Below the pieces are notes generated by a model. It saw only the letters and a list, made by a program, of their open reading frames with translations, was not told where the DNA came from and made no database searches. This document shows positions 13,201-24,839 of a DNA stretch of 64,000 nucleotides, piece by piece. Within the stretch, counting starts at the first letter, position 1; the number at the start of each line of letters is the position of its first letter. The DNA is from Penicillus capitatus. Taxonomy: Eukaryota; Plantae; Chlorophyta. The position numbers and the translations under genes are program-made. The stretch is taken from NCBI GenBank assembly GCA_965649825.1, contig OZ287701.1, forward strand, positions 733,101 to 797,100, given 5' to 3'.

Positions 13201-16200
13201 TGTCGGAAGTAAAGAGCTCCAGAATTTTCTTTTCAAAGCAACGTGTGTTTTCTTCATCCGTGTTCTCCTTCAACGTCAGCATGGCTTCTGAAAAATAGTT
13301 CGTGCTGATGGAGTTCTCAATCTTCACTATTTTGTCGATCCACTCGGTGATCTGGAGGACATCGTCATGCGTTCCGCGAATGATATTTTTGATGAAGGCA
13401 ATAGCTTTCTTGTATATCTCATCGTCCGAAACGAAGATGGCAAAACGCACAGCGATCTTCCACTTCTCCGACTCCTCCTCGTCGAGGAACGGTAGCTCTT
13501 CTGGATAGGCGCCAGCGACATTGATTTGATTCATGATGTCCTGCATTTCGTTCAGCTCTGTTTCTGAATATCTGTTCTCTTCTGTCTCTAGCTCTTCGTG
13601 TTGAAATGTCTTCCTGCCTGAAGCTTCTTCCAAGGCCAACACCTTTTTGCTGTGCGCTTCGGTTGGATCAAAACAATAGCCCGGCTGCATCATCTTCTGG
13701 ATGACGCTTGCTTGGGTCTGCATAAAGTTCAAGTAAAACTGTTGCCGACTCTTCTCCTTTTCATTTCTGCATATAATATAGAATTTGCCGTTTGATGCTC
13801 GACAAGCGCGTCCTCGGCTCTGGATAAACTGTCGAAGATTATCGGGCGCCTTCATGCGGATCACCATGTTGCAGGATGGCACATCCAAACCTTCTTCGAG
13901 AATAGTCGTTGTGACCAGCAATCTAATCTGACCACGTCGAAAATCATTCAGGATCTCCTGTTGCTCTTTAAGCAGCAGACCATCGCCACAGATACCTCTA
14001 CCAACAATGACTTGAGGATTGAGTGCCGTCCGAATACCCGATATCTGCGACAGACATCTGCAGAGTTTTTGTGCCGTTCTTCGCATGTCGACAAACACCA
14101 GAATTCGTGAGTCCCTCCCGTTCTCTTCTTTATGCTTCTCAATCATCCCAATCATCCTCTTGCACTTCTCTGAGAGGAGATGGCGTTGGAAGACATCATC
14201 GTTCTTGGTCTTTGAGCGGACGTGCTGAAAAAGAGTCGCGTAGAGAGGCCGACGCGTTTTGAAATCCTTATCGAATCTGCAGACACAGAGCGGGTCCGTA
14301 TTCGATGCTGTCAGAGGGAGGGGCGTCTAAACGGACCCGTGTAGCACTTCTTTCTTCCATTGCTCCTGTCCCGGTGAAGGATCGTCAATGCCGCTGAAGA
14401 CTTTCTTCAACTGCTGCATAGCGATCTCATGGCCAATAATGTTGTTGATTTCATGGACTGCCAAGAGCTGATTCATATGATCTCTCACGGCTTGGCTGCA
14501 GAAAGAGAGATACGTCTACGTTACTGTCTACTGGCAGAGACATACCCATAGCAGATGGCTTCTTTCTGATTGCGGAATTCGGTTTTGTTAAGAGCCTCGT
14601 TCAGTTCATCTTCTATCTTTCTGAGCTTTCCACGGAGTTTGTTGGTGTCGACCTCCTGATTGTCTCCTCCGGTCAATAGACTCTCCAGTTGACTGAACTG
14701 TGGGGCAATTCTTGACAGGCGATGATGTGTCGCTCGAGTGACTTCACGCATGTAGTTATCGACTTGTTGTTTAAACTCGAATTCAGGTTGTTCCTGGCTG
14801 GGATCCACCAGAAAGACAATATCACTTGTGCGATGTATTCCGTTGTCATACGGATCATTCTGACGAGGATAGCAAGGATGGCAGTGTAGCTTCTCGGCTA
14901 TACGACTGATGTCTCTCTTGACCGTTGACCCCGTAGAATCACTCTTCGGATTGTCCAATGGAGATGCCGTCATTCCCATGATCAGAGGTCTGGTGGATGG
15001 ATCTACACTTGTAGCGATTGTTCGAGTAAACAGCTTTGCGTAGGGACTGCTTCCTTTGGCCTCGTGGGCTTCGTCCAAAACCAAGCAGCAGAGATCCTCT
15101 ATCCTTACTGTATTGATCTCGATCAGCGCATTGAGACATGCACATGTGCAGACCAGGATATCATATTGGTATTCACCAATGACCTGCAAAGATGGTATTG
15201 GCATACAGTGAAACAAACAGTCAGCAATAGCATCGCACTTTGAGGTGCTCTCTCCTCTGGTCTGGATCCATCTGACCAGACAGGGTGACGACTTTGGAAG
15301 CGGAGAGTTCAGACTGAATGGCGAAGGACTGCTGCTCGACAAGGTGATTGGTGTTGACCACAAAGACAGCCACTTTGTGGGGATTGATGTGCAGCATCGC
15401 TCTCAAGACACCGGCTGCCACGAGAGTCTTGCCCGATCCTGTTGGCAGACAGAGCAAGCTGTTTTGTCTCAGGCAGAAATTCAGCATCTCCATCTACGTC
15501 ACATCGTCTCACACAAATGAGATCTGTCACATCACAGACTTGATAATTCCGCATCTTCGTAGCGGTGAGTTGCTCCAGGGTATCTTCGGATGTTTGATCG
15601 ACATCAACACGGACCGTGGGATATGTGCGTTTTCCCTCACGACTCCAAAACTTCCGTCCCGTCTAGACGTCACATCTCGAAAATCAGAATGATCATCCAG
15701 ATGACTTGACGGACCCTTCGCATGATGTCTTTTTGTGTGATGGGTGGCACACCACACGTTTCCAAATCCGTCAGCAGTCGTTTCCACTTGTTCTCGCTTT
15801 TCCTTTCGCCATTTGGAAACATCAAGGCAACATGTTTCGGACGGATTTCGTCGTAGGCCGTTTCGGTGACGGCATCCGAGTGACATACGCCGACCTTCTT
15901 CTCGCAGTTCCTAACGATGCGGCTTGAGCGTGTACCGTCTGTCGTTTTTTGCATTTGTGTACCTGCAGTTGATCGTCCAACCGACCTCATCGTTTCCCGA
16001 TTCATATTTTTCGCGTCGAAACGTCGCGTTGCTCTTCTTGAGTGCGACCTGTGCGCGCAACATCTGATGCATCCTTTCGAAGAAATGTCTTGAAGCTGGC
16101 AGCACCTCAGGACGGACGATAAGTTTGTTTTCGTTCTTCAAGATCGCCAGCTGTGTGAACGTATACAGCTCTGCCGAACAGTAGCGGCACTCGACTTTGC

Positions 16201-16210
16201 AAAGCGACAT
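7234..16210 (-). CDS. Giant multidomain RNA-silencing protein: RLR-CTD-like Zn domain + DExD/H (Dicer/RLR-type) helicase + RNA-dependent RNA polymerase + TUTase-like NTase + KH-like + C-terminal domain
   Basis: Helicase Q-motif MRNYQ, Walker A LPTGSGKT, DEAH, TAS, ILVFVDMRRTA, TTILEEGLDVPSC, QSRGRA; RdRP motifs SRLGLAFS, FSDGVG, SAFQIRIGGCKG, KNPCIHPGD, catalytic SGSDLDGD (10768-10782), LSFPW. Junctions traced in frame with GT-AG sites plus one GC-AG. Confidence 0.85.
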
Positions 16211-16322
16211 GGTAAATGACATACACGGCAGCGACGGAGATACATCTGCTTTTAAGGTTCCTCGGAATCCGTGTCCATCACGGAGATGTACGACATCGAT
16301 GACAAACAAGAAACGTATCGCA

Positions 16323-16874
16323 ATGGATGCTAGAGACCCTTTCTATCGTGATATTTTCGACGACGATTGATTCCATGACGTCATCGAGCGAAAGATGGGG
16401 CTGCAAGCGACTCAGTCAGGAGGAACACGATGAGGAAGTGCACTCGATATGTTATTGAATAATATGACGTGGCAAGAACTGTACACGGTGTTGGGTTCAG
16501 GAAAAGATTGCGTCTACGTACAGTTGTCAAACGTCACATCATGTGATGCCGCATCTCACTCTTGGGTCACACTTTGCCGGATCTCGCACCATCGTCAAAA
16601 CACCGACAGAACTTCTGTTGATGCGTCTGCATCAGGTGTGCAACGTCAAAGTGTTGTCAAAATCGACATAATGCAATGCGCCGTATCCTCACTCTTTTGG
16701 AAAAGTGACCTGAGACGAGAGGCGCCAGACAATGGCCCTTTTTTCAGATACAATGTCCATGAGGCGATCAACCTAAGGGAGGAGGGGATCCTATTCACTA
16801 GGGAAGGATTTTACAAAAACAGATCCATTGTCTTCTCCATGTCTTCACAGAATTCGGTACAGCGGAGTGAGTGA
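16323..16874 (+). CDS. Possible small hypothetical gene divergent from the RdRP gene
   Basis: Exon-like segments and ORF 16449-16874; no motif recognised and splice path unresolved. Confidence 0.25.
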
Positions 16875-16892
16875 GAGAGAGAGACGTTCGCA

Positions 16893-17264
16893 TTAGATGG
16901 CTCCCGTCAGACGCGAGAGAATCGCCAGTGCTGCAATGAACAATCCGATATAGAGAAACCAGTTTGCCCCCATCGCCACATTCTCTGTTCCGCCCAGTCC
17001 AACATACTCATCCCGCATCCGATTCCGCATCTCTTTTGACAAAGGCGTTCTCGTTGGCTGCTTCAGATCGTCAATATAGACCGCTTTCTTCTCTTCGGCT
17101 TTAGTCTCCTCCACCGTCGGAGGCGTCTCATCGACGGGCTGCTGCTCGGCCCTTAGGCAACGCGGATTGCGTCGCCGGGGGAGAGACGAGAATCGAAAAG
17201 GGCGTGTGGTTCGACAGGCATCGAACGGGGTAACTGGAATCGAAGTCGAGATCGTCGATAACAT
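16893..17264 (-). CDS. Small plastid-targeted protein with a C-terminal transmembrane helix
   Basis: Intronless 123-aa ORF: Ser/Thr/Arg-rich transit-peptide-like N-terminus, acidic linker, then EYVGLGGTENVAMGANWFLYIGLFIAALAILSRLTGAI. Confidence 0.7.
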   Translation of the reverse strand: MLSTISTSIPVTPFDACRTTRPFRFSSLPRRRNPRCLRAEQQPVDETPPTVEETKAEEKKAVYIDDLKQPTRTPLSKEMRNRMRDEYVGLGGTENVAMGANWFLYIGLFIAALAILSRLTGAI

Positions 17265-17342
17265 CCTTCGAACAATGAATACATGTATGTCTCTTTCATT
17301 GAGACCAATCGTCGTTTGCCCTACATGGTGGCACTTGGAGGA

Positions 17343-18717
17343 ATGCCGATGCCCCTAACCTCAAGGGGTATCCACTCAGTAGCGTCATGCTTTACTCGAC
17401 GCCCATCAGCGCCACAAGGCGGTGGTCTTCGACTGCCCAGGCGTTCAACCGACAGAACCCTTGTTCGCAAGGCGACACATCTCATAGCACGCGCCAAAGC
17501 AAGAACCTGTGAGATGCACGAGGCAGTTGTGTAGAGAGTCTTCAACAGAGAGATGGCGTCGATGGGACAAGATTGCCGACAAAAAGAAATTCCAAGCAGA
17601 GCCGTTTCGCATCTCGCTTTCCTTCTTTTGTCGTATGTCCCTGACCCCCATTTCGGATCTCGACTCCTCGCTAAGGTGGTCGAAGATGCGGCGTGGATAA
17701 GTGGTTGTGTGGCCATGCTCAACCTGATCATCTGCAACGCCGCGATAGCAAGGATGAGATTAGTGGATCTGTCAGATACCGGTCTCTTAGCCAGTGCGTC
17801 CGTCTCACTCTTTTGCGAGAGTGAGGAATGGAATGGAATACAGTTTAGGCTTTCCACTGTCTCCAGCTCTTCAAGGGATTATCACGACATTTCTACTCAT
17901 TCTGTTCTCGGAAGTCGGAGACAAGACGTTCTTCGTGGCATTTATCCTCGCGCTGCAGAATTCCAAAGCAGCTGTCTTTGCAGGCAAGATCTCACACGGC
18001 ATCCATTGCCCAGAGAGCTACAGTTGTGGACTAGGGACATTTGGCGCACTGGGCTTCATGACATTGATTTGTGTGGGATTGGGTCAAGCACTGAACCAAA
18101 TTGTGTATGCATTGCCAGAGAGCGTGGTAGACTTTCCGTTGAGCGATGTCTTAGCCATTGCATTACTGACCTGGTTTGGTCTGCTCGGACTCAAGGTGTG
18201 TATCCACCCATCTATCGTCTCCCTTGACGCTCTCCTCTCGCAACTCTTATGATACATAGAGTGCCAGAAAGGCCGAATCGAAGATCGCTGCGGAACAGGC
18301 AGAAGCAGAAGAAGGCGTCAAGGGTCTGACATTCGGTAAGAAACGATACAGTTCAGCAGTCATCAATACTAAAAGCGGACATTAGGTTCGGGTGGACTGA
18401 TCCTGTCAACTTTTCTTCTGGTGTTCTTTGCCGAATGGGGTGATAAGTCCTTCCTGTCAACCACCGCCCTCTCCGCGGCCTCTTCCCCACTTGGCGTCAC
18501 CATCGGTGCCTCTCACCTTCCATGATCACCGATCGGATGCGCCTTTGATACAGGGGCCCTTTCTGGACACTTTGTCGCCACGTCTTTAGCCGTATTCAGC
18601 GGGTCTATCCTTTCCAACTACGTGTCTGAGAAATCCGTCGAGTACTGTAGCGCATTTCTCTTTCTGTCATTTGCTGCAGTCAAGGCGTATGATTTGGTCG
18701 AGAGAGTCGTTTTCTAA
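17343..18717 (+). CDS. GDT1: UPF0016/GDT1/TMEM165 family Mn/Ca transporter, plastid PAM71/CMT1-like; start uncertain
   Basis: Two signature motifs E-x-G-D-K-[TS] ([20 protein letters not shown]), hydrophobic helices, transit-peptide-like N-terminus; TAA at 18715-18717. Confidence 0.88.
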
Positions 18718-18860
18718 CAACGACAATGTTGATGCTCTTACACAACTTGCTTCTTAATAACAGTGCGACATTCAAGCATTGCGTTAAGGTCGTTCTCGAA
18801 AACTGCAGATCTGATCAGTTACACTTGCCGATTTTGCCTAACACCATAAATGTCTGAATA

Positions 18861-20458
18861 CTAGCCCAAAAAAGTTCCCTGGGAGAAAGAGATTATCTCA
18901 TGCCTGAACATCGCCAGCAAACAGAGATGGACTTCTAGATCCGTCGTCAACTTTGTATCGACCACCTTCGAAGCGTAAAAAAGATCACCTTTGAGAGACA
19001 GAGTTTCATTAATCCATATCGTGCACACGATGGTTGACCTAACATTCGGCAAAGCACTGCCGACCCACAGAAAAGTGACAGCCGACAATATACGAAGGCA
19101 TGGAACGGCTCATACGAAAAGACGTGGAGGCCTTCTCTTTGTGCTCCATTTTCTCTTTGGAACATACATGTAAAGTCGTCGAGAGTCCATTAATCTTCAC
19201 TACTTGCTTAATATTGGAAACATCGATGCCTCTCAAAGACACTTCGAAAAAGGGCTTTCTTCTTAGTGAGTTCATTATTCAGGCGGTAACTTGGGTGGAT
19301 CGGCGGAGAACCGGTGGTTTGCCTTTGTTTTTGTACGTTGGAGTAGTTGGATACTGAGAAGCGACGTCTGCCGCGGTGCTCTTCGCTCTGGAGTTATCAC
19401 CATGCAAGATCCCTATCATTCCACACGCCATCACACAAACCCCCAATGCATGGGATGTTTACCGCTGACAGCGCCTTCTAGCGTTTTCTGTATGACCACC
19501 AACAGGGCGGGAGGCATTTTGTGGACAATATACCAAACAGTGCCACAGAGTAGGAGGAAGAACATCCATGATGGCAGAATCGAACCAGCAAAGATACCGA
19601 TAAGGACACCATAGATCAGCGTCGTGCTCGGCTCGTCCGAAATCAAACTCGCGAGTGAGGGTCCAGATTCAATGCGGATGGCCTGATGTCTGGCCACGCG
19701 TTTCCACAGATCGACTTTGGACTCGAGAACCATGACCAAATCGGCCCATTTTTTCTCAGGCTCTACGTCCTTTTCGCGTCCGTAGATCTCCAAGAAGTGC
19801 TCGCCTAGATGATGGAGGTGTCTTCGGTGATCGAGGTCGATATGTCCTTACCGGCATATTTGCAGACTTCATCTTTGATGGCGTCGAAATCCCATTTGAC
19901 AGCGAGTTCCAACCATTCGGATGCCGCGGTTATCTGGTTCTTTTCCAAATCCGTGCCAATTCCTGGCGCAAGATTCTCGACATTCCTCACAAAGTTCACG
20001 CATCGGCGTGTGATGGAGTGGAACTCGAATTCCTCCGTCATGGCAAAGAGCTTTCGGACTTCGTCCATTCTATCGACCGAGAGCGTGGCTTCGGTTGCGT
20101 AAACGTGGCTCAAGAGCAAACACATATCGTCCACCGAGACGTCCATAAACATGGGCGACGATAGTTGCATGCGTGCCTCAACAGGCGCGTCGCGTTTCTT
20201 TTTCAGACTGGCATTTAGCAGCGAGCGCTTTGACTCTGTCTTAAACAGCTCTCGCTGAAAAACCGGCGACATGCTCATGACATGTTTGTGCACGGGAAGA
20301 TGCTGTTTCTGCACGACGAGTTCAAATTCGGCCGTCGCTGCATAATCCGGTGTCCAATCTTTCAGATAGGAATAGACTGTGACAACGCCTTCTTCCGGTG
20401 TTGATTTCTTCGCGTCCTCGATCTCCGTTTGCTCAACGGCGCCGTTCGTCGAACGCAT
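18861..20458 (-). CDS. BTB/POZ-domain protein with further C-terminal exons; 3' end uncertain
   Basis: FELVVQKQHLPVHKHVMSMSPVFQRELF, DDMCLLLSHVY, helical continuation (BACK-like), then downstream exons 19431-19793 and 19039-19275. Confidence 0.75.
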
Positions 20459-20731
20459 CTTTCAGAACACTCGCGAAAATTTGGCCGGAGAAAAAAAGAA
20501 GTGTACACAATGAACGCGCGAACGCCGTCTCAAACGACAGACGATTTATCCCAACCTTACATCCGTCACCGTCAAAAACACAGTCACCCTTAGCACTCCG
20601 TCGCCGTTCCTGAAGCAACGAACGTGAGACGGCCTGTCCCCTGTTAAACCGAGAGAATATATAGAGCCGCAAGACGGATTCGACCGGACGCGCCGCAGCC
20701 AACGTCCATTCTTTGTATCCATTGAATATCT

Positions 20732-21886
20732 ATGATCGGGATCCGGCCACCGGACGTGGCATCTAAACGCTTCGTGACGTATACTCGGGCCAATGTGGGG
20801 CTCCATGCAGTCACGCATCCTCTGTCGTTACGTGGACGCCTCTGCGGTCGAAGACGCCGACGGGGGTCGGAATTACGTCCAAGGGCATCCTCTATCCCCT
20901 CAGATCCTTATCAAGTCGTTGCATGATGCATGTTTTGAGAGGAAACTGTTTTCTGGAGGGGTTCAGGTTTTGGGAGTGTCGAAGAAAGTGAGTGCGGACG
21001 GTATTCAGCGTGCCTATCGTAATAGACTGAGAGAAGCGCAGATCGCAGGAGATGAAGAACTGGTCAATGTTATCGAACAGGCGCATTCCTCGATTATGAT
21101 GGAACAACTCAAAATGCGAATGAAGGTGGCGCTGAGTATACCATTGACTTCTCTCACACTTTCTCACACTTCCTAAGGGTCAGACAACCGTTTCACAAGA
21201 CATTGCCTATGCCGACAAAGCAGTCTATCTCCCATGGAGACCCAGGCAAGCTATAGGGCAAACCAGGGGAGGGATGGAGACAGGGGCGTGCTGTAGGTGG
21301 TGTTTGGCAGATCGAAAACTGATGTGGATCTCCCTCGCCATTCAGCTGGCGCTTCTGCTCTATTCCGTGGCCGTCGGACAGATGACAGGCACCCAACCTG
21401 TTCTCGCATGTAGATTCCGACATTACTGATCTCATACAGCCCTACCTCATGTGTCTTGTTAGCATGCATTGCGTGTGCAGCCATTGTCTACTTCAAATTG
21501 GAGAAGCTCTTTCCATCGGGTGCAGGAGTGGCCTTCTCTGCAGATGCGAATGAGCGCAAACAAGGTCACTGCTCATCGAACACAGTGCCGTGCCTGACTG
21601 AAGTGACCGTCGCCTTGTGAAGGTGGCAAGAATCTTTTGCGAGCCGTTGCTGTGGCGTTGATGGGGACAGCATCAGGCATTGTCTTTTTCTTCACATTGC
21701 CAGATCTGATTTCGAATAGCATCCTGCACAAGCCATTGCCTTTTTGGATGTATGACTTTCAGGTGCGTATCCCTATCGATCGAATCGGAGGCCGGTGGCA
21801 TCTTACAAGAGGCTGTTTTGTAGGACACTGTTTTGACTGCAGGTGCCGTTTTCATGAATTTGATCTTGTCTATTTTCTTCAGGTAA
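20732..21886 (+). CDS. CPP1: CPP1-like (chaperone-like protein of POR1, J-like domain) plastid membrane protein; start uncertain
   Basis: Spliced DPYQVLGVSKK...IQRAYRNRL...IEQAHSSIMMEQLKMRMK, ADKAVYLPWRPR, followed by TM helices; includes GC-AG intron 21246-21296. Confidence 0.8.
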
Positions 21887-22600
21887 ATTCGAGGAATGGG
21901 TTGACGTCGATTAAATTCTATGTGCCATGTTTATTACAACGTACATTACACATTCATTGCCGATGCATGGCACAGAAAAGAGAGATGCACGCGCACACAC
22001 ATATTCAACAAAAGTGATGAGAGATGCCCAGCAACAGCAACGCAGAGAGACTGTTATCTATGCCCGTGATGCTCGTCGATTGGCGAAAAGAAGACAACAA
22101 ATAAAAGACGGTTAGAGTTATCATCGAATAGACAATTCTGTTGTCCATCTTGGGGGTAACCAGCAATGAAGGGATCTGATGGTGGTCTTTAATCCGCTGT
22201 CTTATTGGGTGCCATGGCAATCGAAGATCAGGGATAAAGATATCACATCAGATTATTGACCCATGTCCAACACCTTGACTGTTTTTATAGATAGATGGAG
22301 AGAACAAACCATACGCTACTGGCCGATGGTATCCATATCATCCGGCAGCAATCAAATCAAGTCGCATGAACAGCCGGTCAACCAACAGATCGCGCATTTC
22401 ATTGCACATCAGCAAACATCCAAATGGCTAACTGATGTTCTTATTGACACAATGACCGGCAGCAAGTGATGAATCACAAGTATATGAAACGTGAGCGAAC
22501 GGATGGTTGTGCTGGAGAAACGACATTTTGTATAGCGGTGGTGGTATTTCGCAGGTAGTTGAAAATGCATGCAATCCCTTGTGCTGGAGTTGCGTTGTCT

Positions 22601-24770
22601 TCATTTTGCTTCTAGACGAGCGGCTACTTCCAGAGCTTTTCGTTGGGCATCTCGTGCGAGGACGGCAGCTTTGTCGGCTTTCCAAACAACTTCGCGAATC
22701 GACCTAGAATATCACACATGTCACACGAGGCGTCATGTATGCATTTATGTATGGACATACCGTTGAATATGACTATCCGTCTTCCAGTGCTCATCGAGGC
22801 GTGACAAACCGACTTCGCCAGCCTCTTGCGATCGCTTACACGCCTCCAAAGCTTTTTGAACCTTTTCGCGGACCTCGGGATTCAGATTATTAATTTCTAT
22901 TTCGGTTCGGTTCAAGTTTTCGACCCAGACTGGACAGCCGTCATCCCATTCACCTGCCCAGCTGAAAAGGAGGACACAACTCAAAGCTGAGAGAGCGATG
23001 GGGCAGAGTACCGTTCCCAGGTCCCATTGGTCTCGACGGTATAGACACAGAATCCATGTTTCTTGCCAATGAGCCATTGTCCCTCGTACTTCTGTCCATT
23101 GCTAAAACGGTAGACGCCTGTCACATCACACCAAGATGTGTGACCCCATGCGAACAACAGAGATTAAATCCGCACCGTATCCATGGGGAATATCGTTGGC
23201 ATATTCCCCATAATACCGATCGCCATTCGGGAAGTTGTACACGCCATAGCCGTGTCGCTTGCCGTGCAAATAATCGCCCACAAAGTTACTTTCGTCTGTG
23301 CACTGCACAAAAAACAAGCTTGCTACGATCGGGGGCCCTCACAGAGGAACGGGTCACACTTGTTGCATGCCACGTCCTTCTCGAATGCCCTCTTTCCATT
23401 GTCCTTCGTAGTAGTCACCATTGTAGTATCGACAGACCCCCCATCCGCTTCGGGATCCCTCACGGTACTGGCCATGGTACGTTGATCCCAGGGCAAAGGT
23501 TTCAGTACCGACGCCTTCGTAGACACCCATGACCCATTGGCCTTCATAATGACCCTCATGGGAGAAAGTATAGAGCCCATAACCGTGCATCTCATCGTCG
23601 TTAAACTCCCCATTATAGAGATCTCCTGCGGATCCATTGCATCCATTCCGGCTGCCGTCGACAAAGAGATGGATTACCGTTTACAAAGGTGTAGACTCCA
23701 TAGCCACATTTCTTTCCGTTGACATACTGACCTCTGTACATTTCGTGATGGTCTGTGTGTTTGCTCTCGTCTGCAAAGCCGATCTGGAACACAGACATGT
23801 GTCAGTGAAGGTGACAGACGGTAGTGTGGGATGTTGTGTTACGGCTATGACGTCTTCTGCTTCTTCGATAGATCCATTGGTACTGATGGCTTTGTCACCC
23901 GATCCACCATAGGACATGCGACTGCGTACATAGTTGCTGCATCCCATTTTCTGAAGCGCTCGCGTCAGAGCGGCCTTCGCTGCTCCCACCTGCCGATTGA
24001 CACAGATCTCGCATTCGCAGGATCACCAAGAGAATGCCGTGCATCGTGCCTTTCTCAAAGCGCTGTCCAAACTGTCGGATTCGTTTCGATCATTCAGTTG
24101 GTCAGAGGTTCCTGTAGGAAGGGTTCCTCGAGGGACAGGATTCACCTGCTCGACTCTGCCCAACTCGTTCACCTACACATAGCTTCCTCACTGCAAACAT
24201 CGTCTCCCAAGCAGCACGCCGCTCACCAATCTCTCGTAGAGTTGCTGATTGTCTTGCAGTTCCCGCTTGACAGCATTCAAGTCGTTCATCAGCGCTCTCG
24301 GCTCAGGTAGTTTCATAGAAAAGAGGTTGCGCGTTGTATCCAACAAGTCGCCAAGTAAGAGCCTACGGACCAGGCACAGTCCCTGTTGAAGACAGCCAAA
24401 AAGAGTGACTGATGTACGAAGTGTGATTCAGTAGAGTGGACATGGCATCTCGCAGGGAATGCAGTTTCGCTCGGCATCCATAGGTGTCCAAACCCGTGCC
24501 GATCTGTTCGATAAGGTTTCTACACAGCACAGTTCGTTAGAGGCAGGTCGGTTGGGATCTGTAAGAGCTCTATCTAACCTGAGACCATCAATGGACTGTC
24601 CGAAGACATTGGAGCCCAGGGCTGCTGCCGTGACGCAATGCGGCAGGACATCTTTTAAGATCTCATCTGCTTCTTGATCAGGCTTGGTGCTCGCCATTGT
24701 CGCTCTTCTGCCTACATTACCAACTGGTTGCGTCGCTGGTTTTGGCGCTCCTTGTTTATTGCTGACGACC
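22601..24770 (-). CDS. MORN-repeat protein; 5' end uncertain
   Basis: Many YxGxWxxGxxxGxG repeats (YEGQWVMGVYEGVG, YHGQYREGSRSGWG, YEGQWKEGIREGRG, YYGEYANDIPHGYG) over several exons; coiled-coil-like last exon. Confidence 0.85.
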
Positions 24771-24839
24771 CCCATTTTGATACGAGGAACGCCTGAGCCG
24801 AGCGCATTGCTGCAGTAGAGATGTCGAAATCGTCCGATG

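Noticed and set aside
7234-16210. Endogenous RNA virus or Dicer
   Set aside because: The polymerase has the cellular DLDGD signature, not viral GDD palm motifs, and the gene has host-type introns; no RNase III or PAZ motifs were seen
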